52,679 bases of DNA from Candidatus Kaiserbacteria bacterium RIFCSPHIGHO2_02_FULL_55_25. GTDB taxonomy: Bacteria > Patescibacteriota > Minisyncoccia > Phycocordibacterales > UBA2100. Of this stretch, positions 51,436 to 52,679 are shown piece by piece; positions within the stretch are counted from its first letter, which is position 1, and each line of letters opens with the position of its first letter. The stretch covers positions 1 to 52,679 of the forward strand of contig MFLL01000010.1 of NCBI GenBank assembly GCA_001781335.1, given 5' to 3'. The notes below the pieces were generated by a model, which did not search any database, was not told the origin of the DNA, and was given only the letters and a program-made list of their open reading frames with translations. A program made the position numbers and the translations under genes.

Positions 51436-52008
51436 CTATTTTTTGCCGAGCAGTCTGAGCGCCGCACGCAAACGGTCACTCCCGCCTTCGATGTCGTTGG
51501 GTACTTTGCGCAGTGCGTCGCGCGCTTCTGCCGCCGAGTACCCGAGGCTCCGCATCGCTTCGAGCGCCTCTTGGTCGCCCTTGAGCGCAGCGGGGGAATC
51601 TCCCATTTCCGCGACCACCTTGTCTTTGAGTTCAAGCACAATTTTCTCGGCCGTCTTTTTGCCGATGCCCGACACGGTGGTGAGATAGCCGGCATTGCCC
51701 GCGGATATTGCGCTTCGCAGTGTCTCGACCGATGCGATGTCGAGAACGGCGAGTGCGGATTTTGGGCCGATGCCAGAGACCGTGAGCAGGAGTTCAAAAA
51801 AACGCAGCTCCTCTTCGTGCAAGAATCCGTAGAGGTCGAGCGCGTCTTCGCGCACCGCAAGATAGGTCCAGAGCGAGACCGCGCCGCCAACCTTTGTTCT
51901 CGCAAGGGTTTCTTTGAGTACCGCGACTTTATAGCCGACACCACCCACGGAAAGAACGGCGAATCCCGTGCGGATGCTATGCACCGTGCCTTCGAGGTAA
52001 CCTATCAT
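51436..52008 (-). CDS. ruvA: Holliday junction DNA helicase subunit RuvA
   Basis: MIGYLEGTV...VGGVGYKV...LYGF...FELLLTVSGIGPKSALAVL...LTTVSGIGKKTAEKIVLELK. ATG at 52008. Confidence 0.92.
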   Translation of the reverse strand: MIGYLEGTVHSIRTGFAVLSVGGVGYKVAVLKETLARTKVGGAVSLWTYLAVREDALDLYGFLHEEELRFFELLLTVSGIGPKSALAVLDIASVETLRSAISAGNAGYLTTVSGIGKKTAEKIVLELKDKVVAEMGDSPAALKGDQEALEAMRSLGYSAAEARDALRKVPNDIEGGSDRLRAALRLLGKK

Positions 52009-52013
52009 AAGGT

Positions 52014-52117
52014 AAGTATCAGGTATCAAGTGCCAAGTAGCAAACAAGTATCAATCCAAAGTATCAAAGACCGTACCACTGTTTACCTGATACTTGATAC
52101 CTGCGACTTGATACTTC
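52014..52117. promoter_or_regulatory. array of GTATCA / TGATAC 8-mer-type repeats in the ruvA<>rpsT divergent intergenic region
   Basis: GTATCA at 52016, 52023, 52048 and 52061. TGATAC at 52088, 52095 and 52109. Most occur within the longer AAGTATCA(A) / (T)TGATACTT context. Confidence 0.6.
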
Positions 52118-52145
52118 CGCCCATAGAGTGTAGTATCGGCGGCAC

Positions 52146-52412
52146 ATGGCAAATACATCTTCGGCAAAAAAGGCCCAGCGCGGGAGCGTACGCAAGTACG
52201 TTTTTAATGCGCGCCGCAAGAAGGCGATGAAGGATGCCGTCAAAGAGCTCGGCAAACTCATCACCAAGAAAAGCGCAAAAGATGCCGTTGCCGCTCTTCC
52301 GGAGCTCTACCAGACGATAGACAAGGCCGCCAAGAACGGCACCATCAAGAAGAACACCGCGGCCCGCATGAAGTCGCGTCTCACCAAGCGCGCCGCCGCG
52401 CTCGCCAAGTAG
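52146..52412 (+). CDS. rpsT: 30S ribosomal protein S20
   Basis: MANTSSAKKAQRGSVRKYVFNARRKKAMKDAVKE..., 88 aa and basic. Confidence 0.93.
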   Translation: MANTSSAKKAQRGSVRKYVFNARRKKAMKDAVKELGKLITKKSAKDAVAALPELYQTIDKAAKNGTIKKNTAARMKSRLTKRAAALAK

Positions 52413-52469
52413 CTTCTCCTTCTGTCAGTCGCGGCGAACAAACGCCGTGTGTGCTAGAATGTCCTTTCT

Positions 52470-52679
52470 ATGTTGAAAGAGTTGCAAGACATGGGACTTT
52501 CCGAGAAAGAGGCGCGCGTCTACCTCGCCGCTTTGGAATTGGGACAGACGACAGCAGAAAAACTTGCGAAACACGCCAAGGTCAATCGTTCGACGACCTA
52601 CGTACAGCTGGAATCGCTCATGAAAGTGGGTCTCATGAGCACGCATGAGGAGGGCAAGAAAACGATGTTCGCACCCGAG
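52470..52679 (+). CDS. TrmB-family HTH transcriptional regulator, 3'-truncated by the window edge (not in the ORF track)
   Basis: My translation from the ATG at 52470: MLKELQDMGLSEKEARVYLAALELGQTTAEKLAKHAKVNRSTTYVQLESLMKVGLMSTHEEGKKTMFAPE. TGcTAGAAT extended -10 sits 9 nt upstream. Confidence 0.8.
   Translation, partial: MLKELQDMGLSEKEARVYLAALELGQTTAEKLAKHAKVNRSTTYVQLESLMKVGLMSTHEEGKKTMFAPE

Overview
GC-rich chromosomal window from a small-genome bacterium. The gene content looks like Candidate Phyla Radiation/Patescibacteria, but that is an inference from: a PrgI/VirB4/VirB6/T4SS-pilin locus, a lamin-tail-domain protein, a domain-deleted YebC, a four-helix-bundle IVS-type protein, and mostly Shine-Dalgarno-less starts. 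The standard genetic code applies (TGA is a stop).

Gene order:
- 5'-truncated UvrD/PcrA helicase, then rsmA.
- A ~13.5 kb plus-strand T4SS-like operon (2.5-15.7 kb) made mostly of uncharacterised secreted or membrane-anchored proteins. It is interrupted by unusual hairpin elements.
- The origin neighbourhood: jag-yidC-rnpA-rpmH <> dnaA-dnaN, with DnaA boxes.
- Housekeeping genes: MazG-like, P-loop kinase-like, PBP1A, ruvC, ArsR-VIT1, SpoT-like HD protein, yebC.
- A small block of unknown genes with atypically strong SD sites and a 594-bp orphan intergenic region.
- Two tandem copies of a divergent [4-TM protein]<>[~750-aa secreted HExxH protein] module, followed by a Pro-rich PDZ surface protein.
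- ruvB, then an orphan promoter-to-terminator ncRNA candidate and a MarR-like gene.
- A HigB/HigA-like toxin-antitoxin cassette sitting between two 117-nt copies of the 3' end of a GspE/PilB ATPase gene.
- tsaE, polA, holA-like.
- Two tandem paralogous Cys-rich secreted proteins with poly-Gly / (GS)n linkers.
- tRNA-Lys(UUU), DoxX, TrmH, LTD protein, MurE-like ligase, ruvA, rpsT and a 3'-truncated TrmB-type regulator.

I saw no rRNA, CRISPR array, transposase, integrase or reverse transcriptase. All family calls are from motif recognition by eye; no database search was run.
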